Of a stretch of DNA of 64,000 nt, positions 9,670 to 20,050 are shown piece by piece (the stretch's first letter is position 1; the number at the start of each line of letters is the position of its first letter). Below the pieces are notes generated by a model. It saw only the letters and a list, made by a program, of their open reading frames with translations, was not told the origin of the DNA and did no database searches. Source of the stretch: an uncultured Verrucomicrobiae bacterium. Lineage in GTDB: Bacteria > Verrucomicrobiota > Verrucomicrobiia > Limisphaerales > Palsa-1400. The position numbers and the translations under genes are program-made. The DNA lies in contig CAVXRD010000002.1 in NCBI GenBank assembly GCA_963764165.1, positions 2,080,001-2,144,000 on the forward strand, written 5' to 3'.

Positions 9670-10872
9670 ATGGAGTCATTGCCAAGTGTTTTGCTCAAGC
9701 CGGGGGCGGCGGACCGTATTGTCGCGGGGCATCCGTGGATTTACGGCGGGTCGATTGTGCGCCTGACCCAGCCCGCCGAAGATGGCGCCGTTGTTCAGAT
9801 CAAGGATCATCGCCAGCGTTTTTTGGGCGTGGGATTTTTTAACTCCAAGTCAAAAATCCAAGTGCGCGTGCTCGACCCCGAGCGCGTCGAAATTAATGCC
9901 GCTTTTTTCGAAGAGCGCATTCGCGCCGCGCTCGCCATTCGCAAAAGGCATTTGCCGGGCGCGGAATCATTTCGCGTCGTCAACGCGGAAAGTGATTTCC
10001 TCAGCGGATTGATCATTGACAAGTATGCGGGCGTGCTCGTCCTGCAAATTTCCTCACTCGGCATGGACCAGCGCAAGGCGATGATCGTTGAGGCGCTGCA
10101 AAAGATATTTTCGCCGCGTGCCGTCGTGGAGAAAAGCGACGCCGCCTTCCGAAAATTCGAGGGGCTTCCAGAAACCAACGGCATCATCAGCGGAACGCTG
10201 GACGGACCGGAGCGCATTGATCTCAATGGATTGAAATTCGATGTGGACATCGCGGGCGGCCACAAGACAGGAATGTATTTGGATCAGCAGCGCAATTATC
10301 AGGCCGTCGCGGCTCTGGCCAATCATGGGCAGGTGCTGGACTGCTTCACGTTTCTCGGTGGATTCGGGCTGCATTGCGCGCGCGCTGGCGCCGCCCATGT
10401 CCACGCGCTCGACCAAAGCGCCGACGCCTGCGCCGCCGCCACGCGCCACGCGGAGCTCAATGGCGTGGCCGATCGTTTCAGCGTCGAGAATATAAATGTG
10501 TTTGACTGGATGAAGGCGCGCACGGCGGTGAACCCGCACGAGCGGGTCGTTCCGATTTTCGACGGCATCATTCTCGACCCGCCGTCCTTCACGCGCACGC
10601 GCGCGGCCGTGCCGGACGCGATGCGCGGCTACAAGGAAATCCATTTGCGCGCGCTGAAACTGTTGAAGCCCGGCGGCACGCTCGCCACGTTTTGCTGCTC
10701 GCACCATGTCGATGCGCTGTTGTTTGAAAGCGTGATTCTCGAAGCCGCCTTCGACGCCCGCCGCGTTCTCCGACGCGTAGCCACCTACAGCCAGTCGCCC
10801 GACCACCCGATTCTGCCGTCCGTGCCAGAGACGGAATACTTGAAAGGGTTTGCGTTCGAGGCCGCTCGGTGA
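9670..10872 (+). CDS. Class I SAM-dependent rRNA methyltransferase, RlmI-like
   Basis: PUA domain GHPWIY, ESD.LSGLIIDKY, GHKTGMYLDQ, ILDPPSF, ETEYLKG. Confidence 0.88.
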   Translation: MESLPSVLLKPGAADRIVAGHPWIYGGSIVRLTQPAEDGAVVQIKDHRQRFLGVGFFNSKSKIQVRVLDPERVEINAAFFEERIRAALAIRKRHLPGAESFRVVNAESDFLSGLIIDKYAGVLVLQISSLGMDQRKAMIVEALQKIFSPRAVVEKSDAAFRKFEGLPETNGIISGTLDGPERIDLNGLKFDVDIAGGHKTGMYLDQQRNYQAVAALANHGQVLDCFTFLGGFGLHCARAGAAHVHALDQSADACAAATRHAELNGVADRFSVENINVFDWMKARTAVNPHERVVPIFDGIILDPPSFTRTRAAVPDAMRGYKEIHLRALKLLKPGGTLATFCCSHHVDALLFESVILEAAFDARRVLRRVATYSQSPDHPILPSVPETEYLKGFAFEAAR

Positions 10873-10966
10873 AGGCTGGGAAATTATTTAATCTGGAATA
10901 AGGATCGGAAGGCGCGGTTCAATTCAAAAATATGCAGGCGAAGGGCGAAAAGCCAAATGAGCCTGA

Positions 10967-11260
10967 TTAGAGCCGGGTGCGCCAATAGCCGGGCCATCGT
11001 TTGGCGTGCATCACCGCCACGATCCACACGCGGTCTGGTTCATCAAGATAGACCACCGAATAAGGGAACTTGCGCGCAAGCGCGCGCCGGACGCCTGGAC
11101 TGACGCGGAAGAAGGTGTCGGGACGCTGGCGCGCCTGGTCGATGAGCCGTTCGATTTCGTTGCAAAAACGCACACCCAATTCGGGCGACATGGCCGCGTA
11201 GTATTCAGCGGCCTGCGCATATTCCTCCCCGGCTTCGGGGTGAAAGGCGTAAGGCTTCAC
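10967..11260 (-). CDS. RelE/ParE-family toxin
   Basis: FHPEA.EE..QA..YY...LG.RF, RR....FPYSVVY....IVAVMH.KR.PGYW. Confidence 0.85.
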   Translation of the reverse strand: MKPYAFHPEAGEEYAQAAEYYAAMSPELGVRFCNEIERLIDQARQRPDTFFRVSPGVRRALARKFPYSVVYLDEPDRVWIVAVMHAKRWPGYWRTRL

Positions 11261-11481
11261 CGTCCGACAATCTTGCGTATGCGAGCGGACACTTCCTCGC
11301 CGGGAATGCCTTGCACCTTGCCGGACTGGATTTTGTCGACACGGCGGGCGATCTCAGTCTGCCAAGCGGCTTCGATCTCCGGGTTGCCGCTGTGCAGGTC
11401 TTCACTCAACCGCGCCATCAATTCGCTGACCTTCTCACACGGCCAGTGGCGGGTTTCTTCAACGATTTGCTCCAATGTCAT
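11257..11481 (-). CDS. Addiction-module antitoxin (TIGR02574-like)
   Basis: IEAAWQTEIARRVDKIQSGKVQGIPGEEV; 4-bp overlap with the toxin gene. Confidence 0.82.
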   Translation of the reverse strand: MTLEQIVEETRHWPCEKVSELMARLSEDLHSGNPEIEAAWQTEIARRVDKIQSGKVQGIPGEEVSARIRKIVGR

Positions 11482-11665
11482 CGGCACACTGCGTACTCTA
11501 CGCGATTTCGGGATGGGGTTCAACGGGTAAAACGGCCGGAAGGGCTTTCTGAGTCGGCTTATGCAGCGCCAAGCGCCTCCATTCCTGCGTTTGGTCGTTC
11601 CTGATTAAAAAATTTCCCCTCCAAATCTTCTTGCCTCCACCCATCAATGGTGACTACCTATTTCA

Positions 11666-13207
11666 ATGACGGAGCAAATTCTTATTCTCGATTTCGGGGC
11701 GCAATACACGCAAGTCATCGCCCGGCGTGTTCGCGAGTGCAAAGTCTATTCCACCATCGTGCCGTTTGACATGCCGGCGGCCAAAATCGCGGAACTCAAA
11801 CCCAAGGGCCTGATTTTCTCCGGCGGCCCCTCCAGCGTTTATTCGCCAAAAGCGCCGAAGCCCGATCGCGCCATTTTTAAGCTCGGCATTCCCATTCTCG
11901 GCATTTGCTACGGCGTCCAATTGATGGCCCACATGCTCGGCGGAAAAGTCGCGCGCGGCATGAAGCGGGAATATGGCAAAGGCACCCTGCTTGTCGCTGA
12001 TCCGACCTCCGCGATTTTCGCCAACCTTCCGGATGCGCTTCAAGTGTGGAATTCGCACGGGGATAAATTGGTTGCGCCGCCTGCGGGCTTCAAATCCGTC
12101 GCCACCTCGGACAACACGGAGTTCGCCGCCATCGAAGATCGCGACCGGAAATTTTTCGGACTCCAATTTCATCCGGAAGTGGCGCACACGCCGCAGGGGC
12201 GCGAGATCATTTCCAATTTCGTCCACGGCGCTTGCGGTTGCGGCAAGGATTGGACGATGAGCCATTACATTGACCAAGCCGTGGAGCAAATCAAGGCCGA
12301 CGTCGGCAAGGAGCGCGTGATTCTCGGCTTGAGCGGCGGCGTCGATTCGAGCGTGGCGGCGGCGCTCTTGCACAAAGCCATCGGCAATCAATTGACCTGC
12401 ATTTTTGTCAACAATGGTTTGCTGCGCGGCGGCGAAGCGAAGGTCGTGCGCGAAGTCTTTGGCCGGCACTTCCACATCAAACTGCAATACGAAGACGCCT
12501 CAGCGCTTTTCCTTCGGAGACTCAAGGGAGTGACCGACCCGGAGCGCAAACGCAAAATCATCGGCAAGACGTTCATCGAAGTTTTTCAGTCCGCGACCAA
12601 GCGCGCCGGAGCGGCCAGGTTTCTTGGGCAAGGCACGTTGTATCCCGATGTGATCGAATCCGTGCCCATCGGCGGAAATCCAGCCGCGCTGATCAAGAGC
12701 CACCACAATGTTGGGGGACTTCCCAAGAACATGAAGTTCAAGCTGGTCGAGCCATTGCGCTGCCTGTTCAAGGACGAAGTGCGCCAGCTTGGTTTGGAAC
12801 TCGGTTTGCCGCACGAAATTGTCATGCGCCAGCCGTTCCCCGGTCCTGGCCTGGCCGTGCGCATCCTCGGCGAAGTCACGCCGAAACGCTGCGAGATCCT
12901 GCGCGAGGCCGACACCATCGTGGTTGAGGAAATGAAAGCGACCGGGTGGTATTACAAAATTTGGCAAAGCTTTGCCGTGCTGCTGCCGGTGCGCAGTGTT
13001 GGCGTGATGGGCGATGAGCGCACTTACGATTACACCGTGGCCATCCGCGCAGTCGAATCGCAAGACGGCATGACCGCCGATTGGGTCAAGCTGCCTTACG
13101 AGATTCTCGAGAACCTTTCGCGGCGCATCACAAACGAGGTGAAAGGCGTGAATCGCGTTTGCTTTGATATTTCGAGCAAACCACCGGCGACGATTGAATG
13201 GGAGTGA
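11666..13207 (+). CDS. guaA: GMP synthase (glutamine-hydrolysing)
   Basis: [48 protein letters not shown]. Confidence 0.98.
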   Translation: MTEQILILDFGAQYTQVIARRVRECKVYSTIVPFDMPAAKIAELKPKGLIFSGGPSSVYSPKAPKPDRAIFKLGIPILGICYGVQLMAHMLGGKVARGMKREYGKGTLLVADPTSAIFANLPDALQVWNSHGDKLVAPPAGFKSVATSDNTEFAAIEDRDRKFFGLQFHPEVAHTPQGREIISNFVHGACGCGKDWTMSHYIDQAVEQIKADVGKERVILGLSGGVDSSVAAALLHKAIGNQLTCIFVNNGLLRGGEAKVVREVFGRHFHIKLQYEDASALFLRRLKGVTDPERKRKIIGKTFIEVFQSATKRAGAARFLGQGTLYPDVIESVPIGGNPAALIKSHHNVGGLPKNMKFKLVEPLRCLFKDEVRQLGLELGLPHEIVMRQPFPGPGLAVRILGEVTPKRCEILREADTIVVEEMKATGWYYKIWQSFAVLLPVRSVGVMGDERTYDYTVAIRAVESQDGMTADWVKLPYEILENLSRRITNEVKGVNRVCFDISSKPPATIEWE

Positions 13208-13208
13208 G

Positions 13209-13308
13209 GTAGGGACGCCTCGCCGAGGCGTCCGGTTGCGCGGGATTAATTTCGCGGTCTGCGCGTGAGCCACGCCTCACCCCGGACGCCTCGGCGAGGC
13301 GTCCCTGC
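13209..13308. repeat. Intact REPIN-like element (inverted GTAG-family REP pair)
   Basis: GTAGGGACGCCTCGCCGAGGCGTCC ... GGACGCCTCGGCGAGGCGTCCCTGC. Confidence 0.85.
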
Positions 13309-13364
13309 CTTGCTTCACGATAATCGCGCTTTTAACCGACGCGCGAAAGCGGTATGGTGGACGC

Positions 13365-13844
13365 ATGGCAGTTGACCGATGCATGGCCAAGAAGAAGTTC
13401 CTGGATTTCCTCCAGCACAAAAAATTGCGCATCACCGCGCAGCGCCGCGCCATTATCGAGAGCGCGTTTGAAACCGAGGAGCATTTCAGCGCGGAACAGC
13501 TTCTTGAATGGTCGCGCCGGCGGGACAAATCCGTTTCCCGCGCCACCGTTTATCGCACGCTGCCTCTGCTGACCGAGAGCGGGTTGGTGCGCGAAATGGA
13601 TTTCGGAAGCGACCACAAGTTTTACGATCCCAATTACGCCGACAATCCGAACCACAGCCACATCATCTGCCAGGAATGCAACACGATTGTGGAATTCGAC
13701 AACGACCAGATGAAACAAATTGAAGGCGAGATGTGCCGCAAGCTGGGTTTTTCCGTCAAGACGCACCGCCTGCAAATCACCGGCAGTTGCGACCAATTCA
13801 AACGCGTCGGCGTTTGTGCGCGGAAAAAGGATGGCGCGAGTTAG
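13365..13844 (+). CDS. Fur-family transcriptional regulator
   Basis: LRITAQRRAI, HFSAEQL, SRATVYRTL, HSHIICQEC..IVEF. Confidence 0.92.
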   Translation: MAVDRCMAKKKFLDFLQHKKLRITAQRRAIIESAFETEEHFSAEQLLEWSRRRDKSVSRATVYRTLPLLTESGLVREMDFGSDHKFYDPNYADNPNHSHIICQECNTIVEFDNDQMKQIEGEMCRKLGFSVKTHRLQITGSCDQFKRVGVCARKKDGAS

Positions 13845-13873
13845 ACACGCTGCCGGAATCCTTCGCAAAGCAC

Positions 13874-13960
13874 GATAGGGCGAGGCTCCTGCCGAGCCCT
13901 CCTATCGCCGGGAGAATAGGACTTGGAGGACAAATACGACTTATGGGCGGCTCCCTCGCC
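13874..13960. repeat. Degenerate REP-like palindrome between convergent genes
   Basis: GATAGGGCGAGGCTCCTGCCGAGCC with a partial inverted copy GGCTCCCTCGCCC. Confidence 0.5.
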
Positions 13961-13979
13961 CACATTCTCGTGCTTTGAG

Positions 13980-15407
13980 TTACTTCGCGGCGATGGCGGG
14001 TTGCGGCGCTGACTTGAAGCCGAATAAATTCCGCTCGTGGACGATTCTGGCCACCGTTTCCGGCACCAACTGTTCCCAGGAACTGTCGCCAGCGCGAATC
14101 TTGTCCAGGACATCCCGCGAGAAAATCGGCAGCACCTTTTCGTCGTAATCACGCAAGCTTTCGATGTAGCGATTCTCGACCAGATACGCGTGCAAGTGCC
14201 GGAGGTTCGGCGCAACACGCAAATTCCCCGCTGTGATGAGGGCGCCGGTCTTCTTCTCCAGGAGCGGGTAAACATAAAGCTTGAGATCGTTTTTGAACAT
14301 GCGCCCGAACGATTCCAAAATGCCGCCGCTTAGGTCAGTATAATATTTCTCGTCGAACAACTCTTTCAATGTCGGCACGCCCATCGCGACGCCGATCATT
14401 TTTTTGGTGTATCGGAAAAAATACGCGGCCAGCCGGTGGTATTCGCCGAAGTTTGAAATCAGCACGGTCTTTCCAAGCGCGCCGAGAATATCCACTCGCG
14501 CCAAAAAATCCTGATGATCGATCTTGTCGTCTTCGGTGAGATTTTTTAGCGTCATTTCCATCAGTGTCAGGACATCTTCCCCTTGAACATTCGGCTCCTG
14601 GACGAACATCGCCTGCGCGCAGCGGAGCATGTCCAGCGTGACTTTCGTAACCGGCCGGAAACTGCCGCGCTCGACCAAAATGCACTTTTTGTAAAACGCG
14701 TCGGAGGGCTGCACGACTTGTCCGTCGGCAGTGAAAAGGGCGGCGTTGGTCAATCCGCCCTGGACGAGGCGCAACGCCATCACGCGATTATCGATGTGCG
14801 CGAACGCCGGCCCGCAAAATTGAATCATGTCCACTTCAACACGAACCGTGCCGATGTTGTCGGCCAGGGAATCAATGAGCGCCGCCGGATCGTGATGCAA
14901 ATACATGCAGCCGTGGACGAGGTTGACGCCAACGATGCCGAGCGCTTCCTGTTCGGCCAGGTTTTCCTTATCCCACAAGCGGACATGAACAATAATCTGC
15001 GACGGCTCCGCGCCGGGCTCCGGTTGGAAACGCAGGCCAAGCCAGCCATGCGCGTCGTCCTGGCGGGAATAACTTCGCGCCACCACCGTGTCCGCAAACA
15101 CGAAAAACCGGGTCGTCGCGCCGCGCTTGTGGTTCAAGCGATCCACCAAGCGGGCGTATTCGTGATCCAGCATCGTATCGAGGCGCTGGCGGCTGACGTA
15201 GCGATCCGCGTGGCCGTAGATCGCGTCGCTGATGGTCATGTCGTAGGCGGAGATCGTTTTGGCGATCGTGCCCGCGGCGCCGCCCACGCGGAAAAACCAG
15301 CGCGCCACTTCCTGCCCTGCGCCGATTTCCGCAAAAGTGCCGTATTTTGAAGGGTCCAGGTTGATCTGGAGCGCCTTTTGATGTGTGCTAAGGATTTCGC
15401 GTTCCAT
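13980..15407 (-). CDS. Conserved hypothetical protein (often annotated nicotinate-nucleotide adenylyltransferase-like)
   Basis: YGTFAEIGAGQEVARWFF..GGAAGTIAK..SAYDM..SDAIYG, ERGSFRPVT. Cytoplasmic; function unverified. Confidence 0.65.
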   Translation of the reverse strand: MEREILSTHQKALQINLDPSKYGTFAEIGAGQEVARWFFRVGGAAGTIAKTISAYDMTISDAIYGHADRYVSRQRLDTMLDHEYARLVDRLNHKRGATTRFFVFADTVVARSYSRQDDAHGWLGLRFQPEPGAEPSQIIVHVRLWDKENLAEQEALGIVGVNLVHGCMYLHHDPAALIDSLADNIGTVRVEVDMIQFCGPAFAHIDNRVMALRLVQGGLTNAALFTADGQVVQPSDAFYKKCILVERGSFRPVTKVTLDMLRCAQAMFVQEPNVQGEDVLTLMEMTLKNLTEDDKIDHQDFLARVDILGALGKTVLISNFGEYHRLAAYFFRYTKKMIGVAMGVPTLKELFDEKYYTDLSGGILESFGRMFKNDLKLYVYPLLEKKTGALITAGNLRVAPNLRHLHAYLVENRYIESLRDYDEKVLPIFSRDVLDKIRAGDSSWEQLVPETVARIVHERNLFGFKSAPQPAIAAK

Positions 15408-15495
15408 CTTGATAAGGTTCCGAAAAAACAGATGCCGAATTCATAGTGGCCCAAAACCGGGTTCTTGCAAGTCGATTTGCCCGGTTGCCGCGCCC

Positions 15496-15825
15496 TCACC
15501 CTTTCGGTTCGTAATGAACGGCGATCATCCGGCGATCCAATTCAATGACCGAATATCCCCACGGCAAATAACGGTCCGACCCTTTCGCGTTTGGATGCTC
15601 GACCCGCCACGCGACGACTTCCCAGCCGTCCTTTCCATTATCAATCACTTCCCACTCGGCGCGATCCGCCCAGCTTTCCTTTTGGGCCAACACCCGGCGG
15701 GCGGCCGCAATCTGCTCGTGGTAACGCCCTTGCGGATCCTCGGGATGGTCCATGCGCCCGCTGGCGCCCTTTCCGCACCCAGCGAAAAGGCAAAAGCATA
15801 GAGCCATGATCGGAAATCGGATCAT
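15496..15825 (-). CDS. Hypothetical lipoprotein
   Basis: Lipobox LFAGC. Confidence 0.6.
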   Translation of the reverse strand: MIRFPIMALCFCLFAGCGKGASGRMDHPEDPQGRYHEQIAAARRVLAQKESWADRAEWEVIDNGKDGWEVVAWRVEHPNAKGSDRYLPWGYSVIELDRRMIAVHYEPKG

Positions 15826-16015
15826 TCCCCAGCCATATCGGCGCAGGAAGAGGCGCAGTTAAGCCGCAATGCAATCGCTCCCCTTTGCGGCCTGATTAAA
15901 ATGCAGGCTGTCCGTTAGGGATGCGCCCCATGGCAGCCGGCCCGCCCGCGGCATATTTTAGTGGAGCGGTTGTAAACTGAATAAGTGGCATGGCAATAAG
16001 TGGCATGGCAACACG

Positions 16016-17329
16016 ATGGTGAGGGAAAATATGAAAACTGCAAGCAATCCAATTGAGGCGGCTTATCTGGCCCGGATCAGGAAGTTTGGGCTCATTCTCG
16101 CCTTGGCCTTTTTGCCGCTGCCGGGCTTTGCTTCTGGCGCGAAGGTCTCCGACACAAGCATCAGCTTTAATCCGCCTGCCATCGTTAACGGCTCGAACGG
16201 GCCGGAATTGTTATTGGTGCTCAATAACTGGAAAGGCGGCACGCTCGTCTACGCCACCAACTTGACCGGCCCGTGGTACGCCGCGGCGCCGACTGGAACT
16301 AATAACGAGTTCCTTGTGCCCATCTATCCGACGGGATCGCAGTATTATTACCGGGCGGAAGGATCAAATCTGGCTCCCGCCGCACCGTCTCCCAAGGCTG
16401 ACATTACCCCCCCTCTTGTGCCAAACACCAATTACATTCGCTTCTATGCAACGACTAGTTTTTGGAACACTCCGATTGCAACGAACCCTGTCATTGATCC
16501 CAATTCCGCCGCGATCGTGCAAGCTTCGCTGACGCCATACGCATCAAATGCCGTCTTTGGCAATAGCAAATACGGGGTTGCGATGGCGTATGGCACCTTG
16601 ACCAACCCTCTCTACCGGGTGACTGCTACGCTTTACTCCAGCCCTTCGACCGCTCCCGGAAAGCAGGGCGTTCTTTTCCCAATTCCCCTGGGGACGGCGG
16701 CTGCGCTCGGAACGGACGGACACCTCGCCGTGGCTTATCAGACTTTTGATGGAAGTCCTTATGCTGGGATGGAGTTGGATATGTGGCAGGCTCGTTTCAA
16801 CCCGACGAACAAGACTTGGTCCGCTTCCACTGTAGTGCTGTCACCCTTGTTTGGCTGGGGGGCGGTATGCCCACCTGGAAAGGGATTCTGCGGGGGCGCT
16901 GACGCCGCCGGATTCTGCCTGCTGGGTGGCGCGGTGAGGCCTGAGGACATATCGCGAGGACATATATATCACGCCCTGGCGATGGCCACCCCCCACAACC
17001 TTAGTAATTACGTCGCTTGTCCCGCGACCGCGACAGACGGCACGGCGTCCGCGCCCGCATTGCCCGAAGGCGCGCTCATCCAACTGGATCCCACCTACAA
17101 CGTAGACGCGCAGAATTGGCCTCAGTGGGTGAAGCTTATCGCCCACGCCTTGCAAGAATACGGAGCTTATAACCGTGACACTTGCTCAACTCTATCCATC
17201 TACGGCGTAACTGACCAAAACGCCGGCGTGCCAACATGGACTTCGGTGGGAGTGCCGGAATCAGGTGGCATGCTTAATATGCTGCCTTGGTCGAGCATGC
17301 GAGTGATTAAGATTGTCAAGTGCAACTGA
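16016..17329 (+). CDS. Secreted hypothetical protein
   Basis: Signal peptide, ATNL.GPW...YYYR module, then FWNTPI...DPNS...GGAVRPE...HALA...IAHALQEYG. Confidence 0.7.
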   Translation: MVRENMKTASNPIEAAYLARIRKFGLILALAFLPLPGFASGAKVSDTSISFNPPAIVNGSNGPELLLVLNNWKGGTLVYATNLTGPWYAAAPTGTNNEFLVPIYPTGSQYYYRAEGSNLAPAAPSPKADITPPLVPNTNYIRFYATTSFWNTPIATNPVIDPNSAAIVQASLTPYASNAVFGNSKYGVAMAYGTLTNPLYRVTATLYSSPSTAPGKQGVLFPIPLGTAAALGTDGHLAVAYQTFDGSPYAGMELDMWQARFNPTNKTWSASTVVLSPLFGWGAVCPPGKGFCGGADAAGFCLLGGAVRPEDISRGHIYHALAMATPHNLSNYVACPATATDGTASAPALPEGALIQLDPTYNVDAQNWPQWVKLIAHALQEYGAYNRDTCSTLSIYGVTDQNAGVPTWTSVGVPESGGMLNMLPWSSMRVIKIVKCN

Positions 17330-17389
17330 GTTCCGATCGCCCTGTTGCCTTGTGACGCCAGGGGGATCGTTTCAATCAGTGTTCCCGTT

Positions 17390-19207
17390 TCAATTTCTCG
17401 GATAATCTGGCAGCAACAATGCGCCTGGCAGGCAGAGCCGGCCGGCTGCTTCGGGATCGACTTTCCAGATGGCCAGGGCCGCTTCTGGCGTTGGCCGGCT
17501 GGGGCCGCCATATTGGTCGTGATAGCATCGGTATATCAACTCCGCAGACCACGCCCTCGCCAACGGCCCCAAATCTCCCAACAGTTCCAAGTCGCCGCCG
17601 CCGCGATAGTCGATTTGTGGAATCAGGGTTGAAGAAGGTGGATTTATGGCGGCTCCGATTCTATAAAGTGTTAGTTTCGCTCGGCACAAACTGCTGCTTG
17701 AAACTCGGGTGAGGTTGGTGATATCGGTTCGGGAGCAAAGCTCTTTGAGGAACGAAACAGCGTTAGCCGATTGCGGGTCAATCAAACAAAGAGCGCACGC
17801 AATTTCGATGCGTTGATCCAGTCTCTGGGCGGAGTAATAGCACCGCTCAATTCTTCCCTGGTCCTGCTGGTTGGTAGCCAGCAATTTGGTCAAAATCGGG
17901 ATTGCGCGCTTCGCAGCGGGGCCGATGGCGCCCAATGCCCTGCAATACTGGTGCGTCCGCAATTGGTCCTGCCGGAGGAAATCTGAAAGAAAATCGGTGG
18001 CGGGCTCGGACGCGGGGCCAATTTCCGCCAGCGCACTCACGGCTGCCAGCGCCACATTGTCATGGCTTGACTTGGTCAGGCTGCGGGTGCCCGTGATTTT
18101 CGTCACGGGGCACTGCCAATCTCCCAAGATTTCGACCAGCGCGGGGACCGCATCCTTCGCGAGCGGCCCGAGCAGGCAGAGCTTTTGCATGGCCAGGCGC
18201 CTCTCTGCGTCCGTGCCGCACAGGATCTTTTTGACAAGAGTTCGAACGACCGGCTGCGAATCCTCCCAGCTAAGGCGCGCAACGGTCTTCCAGTGAATCG
18301 GATCAATACGCATTAGCAGATCTTCTGCCTCCATCTGATAGTCGAGCCGTTGTGAATCCAACATGTGCTCAAGCGCCGGGACAACGAGTCTGGCGGCATC
18401 CGGTTCGTCCTTGAGCAGTTTGAGGGATTCCCACTGGTCCACCGAGCTTCCGTGGCGAAGATTGTATGAAAGGACGTCGGAAAGAGTATTGGTGCGGCCA
18501 TCAATCTTCCATAAGGCGACCGCCGCCGAACGCCCCACAGCGCCCGCATCCGCAGCCGCGTTCGTCAAGGCTGGAATCGCCGTTCTGGCTTTGGGCCCGA
18601 GCGAAGCCAGAACGGAAATGCAGTAAACGCGGTTGGCCCGGTTGGTGTCGCGAATGTCATCAGCCAACTGCGGAACCACGCGCTCCGTCTCAGCCGGAAG
18701 CGCCGTTAAAATCGCGGCCAGCCAGCGATTTGCCGAATCGTCCGCGCGGTCACTATGAAGGATGCTCCACACGGCCCCGAAAGCTGGCGCCGCATTGGAG
18801 CCAAGTTTAAGCAGAAGGTCACCGGCGCTCGAACGCCTTTGCCCGTTCAGATCATCGTAGGGCAGAGGATGGAGCGCCTGTGTCCATTCAGGCAGGGAGT
18901 GTTTTCGCCGGAAATCATACCAGCTTTTGGCCGCCGCGAAATCGGGATTCTCCAATTGCGAAGCCAGATAACGCGCGCCATCCGGCCCCATGGCTTGAAA
19001 CGCTTTGCAAACCTCCTTATCAGATGCCGATCCACCCTCGTAAGTACCCAACCATTCACTCGCTGATCGGTCTTCATAGCTCGGCCCGCCTTGATGCACG
19101 CAAAGAAACCACGCCATTCCCGTCCCGAACAAGACGGAAGTGCCGATCAGGAAATGTGATTTCCTCCAGGATCGAGCGGAAGTTTTCAGCGATTCATGGA
19201 ATTTCAC
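17390..19207 (-). CDS. HEAT-repeat protein with N-terminal membrane anchor
   Basis: Repeated LG.IGP.A..AIP.L motifs and A.ALWKID. Confidence 0.8.
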   Translation of the reverse strand: MKFHESLKTSARSWRKSHFLIGTSVLFGTGMAWFLCVHQGGPSYEDRSASEWLGTYEGGSASDKEVCKAFQAMGPDGARYLASQLENPDFAAAKSWYDFRRKHSLPEWTQALHPLPYDDLNGQRRSSAGDLLLKLGSNAAPAFGAVWSILHSDRADDSANRWLAAILTALPAETERVVPQLADDIRDTNRANRVYCISVLASLGPKARTAIPALTNAAADAGAVGRSAAVALWKIDGRTNTLSDVLSYNLRHGSSVDQWESLKLLKDEPDAARLVVPALEHMLDSQRLDYQMEAEDLLMRIDPIHWKTVARLSWEDSQPVVRTLVKKILCGTDAERRLAMQKLCLLGPLAKDAVPALVEILGDWQCPVTKITGTRSLTKSSHDNVALAAVSALAEIGPASEPATDFLSDFLRQDQLRTHQYCRALGAIGPAAKRAIPILTKLLATNQQDQGRIERCYYSAQRLDQRIEIACALCLIDPQSANAVSFLKELCSRTDITNLTRVSSSSLCRAKLTLYRIGAAINPPSSTLIPQIDYRGGGDLELLGDLGPLARAWSAELIYRCYHDQYGGPSRPTPEAALAIWKVDPEAAGRLCLPGALLLPDYPRN

Positions 19208-19318
19208 TCATCTCTTCTGACAAACCAAAACGCTTTTCGTTATTCTTGCCCTGCATGTGTGATGATGTGGTTAGAACCCATCTCGTAAATAGGGGCGAGT
19301 TCTAACCCTTTTCTGCTT

Positions 19319-20050
19319 TTACCCGGCTTCCCCTATCTTCCCGGAAAGCATTTCCCGAATCCAACCGCTCTTGGCGCAATCCACTACCGATTTTCCTCGT
19401 CCGTCCTGCAGCGCCGGGCTTAGTCCAAGCGTCAGAAATCTTTGGATGATTTCGCGTTGCGCGGCTGCGGCTTGTTTAGAGCCGCTTCCGCCGCGTCCCG
19501 TATTTTGCACCGCCAAGTGAAAGGGAGTTGAGCCGGGTTTGTTGCGGAGCATCGGATTGCTGCCGCTGTCGAGAAGAGACTTCACAGCCGCGGCGCACCG
19601 CGTCCGGACGGCGCGGTGCAAGGGAGTGGCGCCGTTTTTGTCAGGAGCGTTAATCTCCGCCCCAGCGTCCAGCAAGCATTGGATCGTCTCCACCTGCCTC
19701 TGCGCATTCCAGTCCGGCCCGTTAATGGAGCCATCGGCCGCGTAGTGCAACGGGCCGCTTTGGCGATGGTTCTTGTTCGAGTTTGGGTCGGCACCTGCTG
19801 CCAGCAATAATCGAACAAGTTCGACGCGATGCCCGGCGGCAGCCAAATGCAGCGCGGTATCTCCACAGTAAATCCAATGCACAATTTTCGATTCGTAAAG
19901 CCGCGCCTCGCCGACAAGCTGCGTCGCGAGACCGGAATCCGCTTTCAGCAATTCAGCGGCTCTCTTCCGATCGTCATCAAGGATGGCTGTAAGAATTGCT
20001 TCCATAGGCACAGTTTCGTCGGCCCCATAATAACACAATATAATCTCCAA
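19319..20050 (-). CDS. Ankyrin-repeat protein (start may be at MEAIL)
   Basis: GDTALHLAA, GPLHYAA, GATPLHRAV, GSTPFHLAV. Confidence 0.85.
   Translation of the reverse strand: MEIILCYYGADETVPMEAILTAILDDDRKRAAELLKADSGLATQLVGEARLYESKIVHWIYCGDTALHLAAAGHRVELVRLLLAAGADPNSNKNHRQSGPLHYAADGSINGPDWNAQRQVETIQCLLDAGAEINAPDKNGATPLHRAVRTRCAAAVKSLLDSGSNPMLRNKPGSTPFHLAVQNTGRGGSGSKQAAAAQREIIQRFLTLGLSPALQDGRGKSVVDCAKSGWIREMLSGKIGEAG

Noticed and set aside
13207..13365. Genomic island at the guaA 3' end (a known hotspot)
   Set aside because: Only a 100-bp REPIN follows guaA; there is no integrase and no duplicated guaA end.
15980..16009. 15-bp tandem duplication AATAAGTGGCATGGC as a sigma-54 promoter
   Set aside because: TGGCA is not followed by TTGC at the required spacing; likely a simple slippage duplication.
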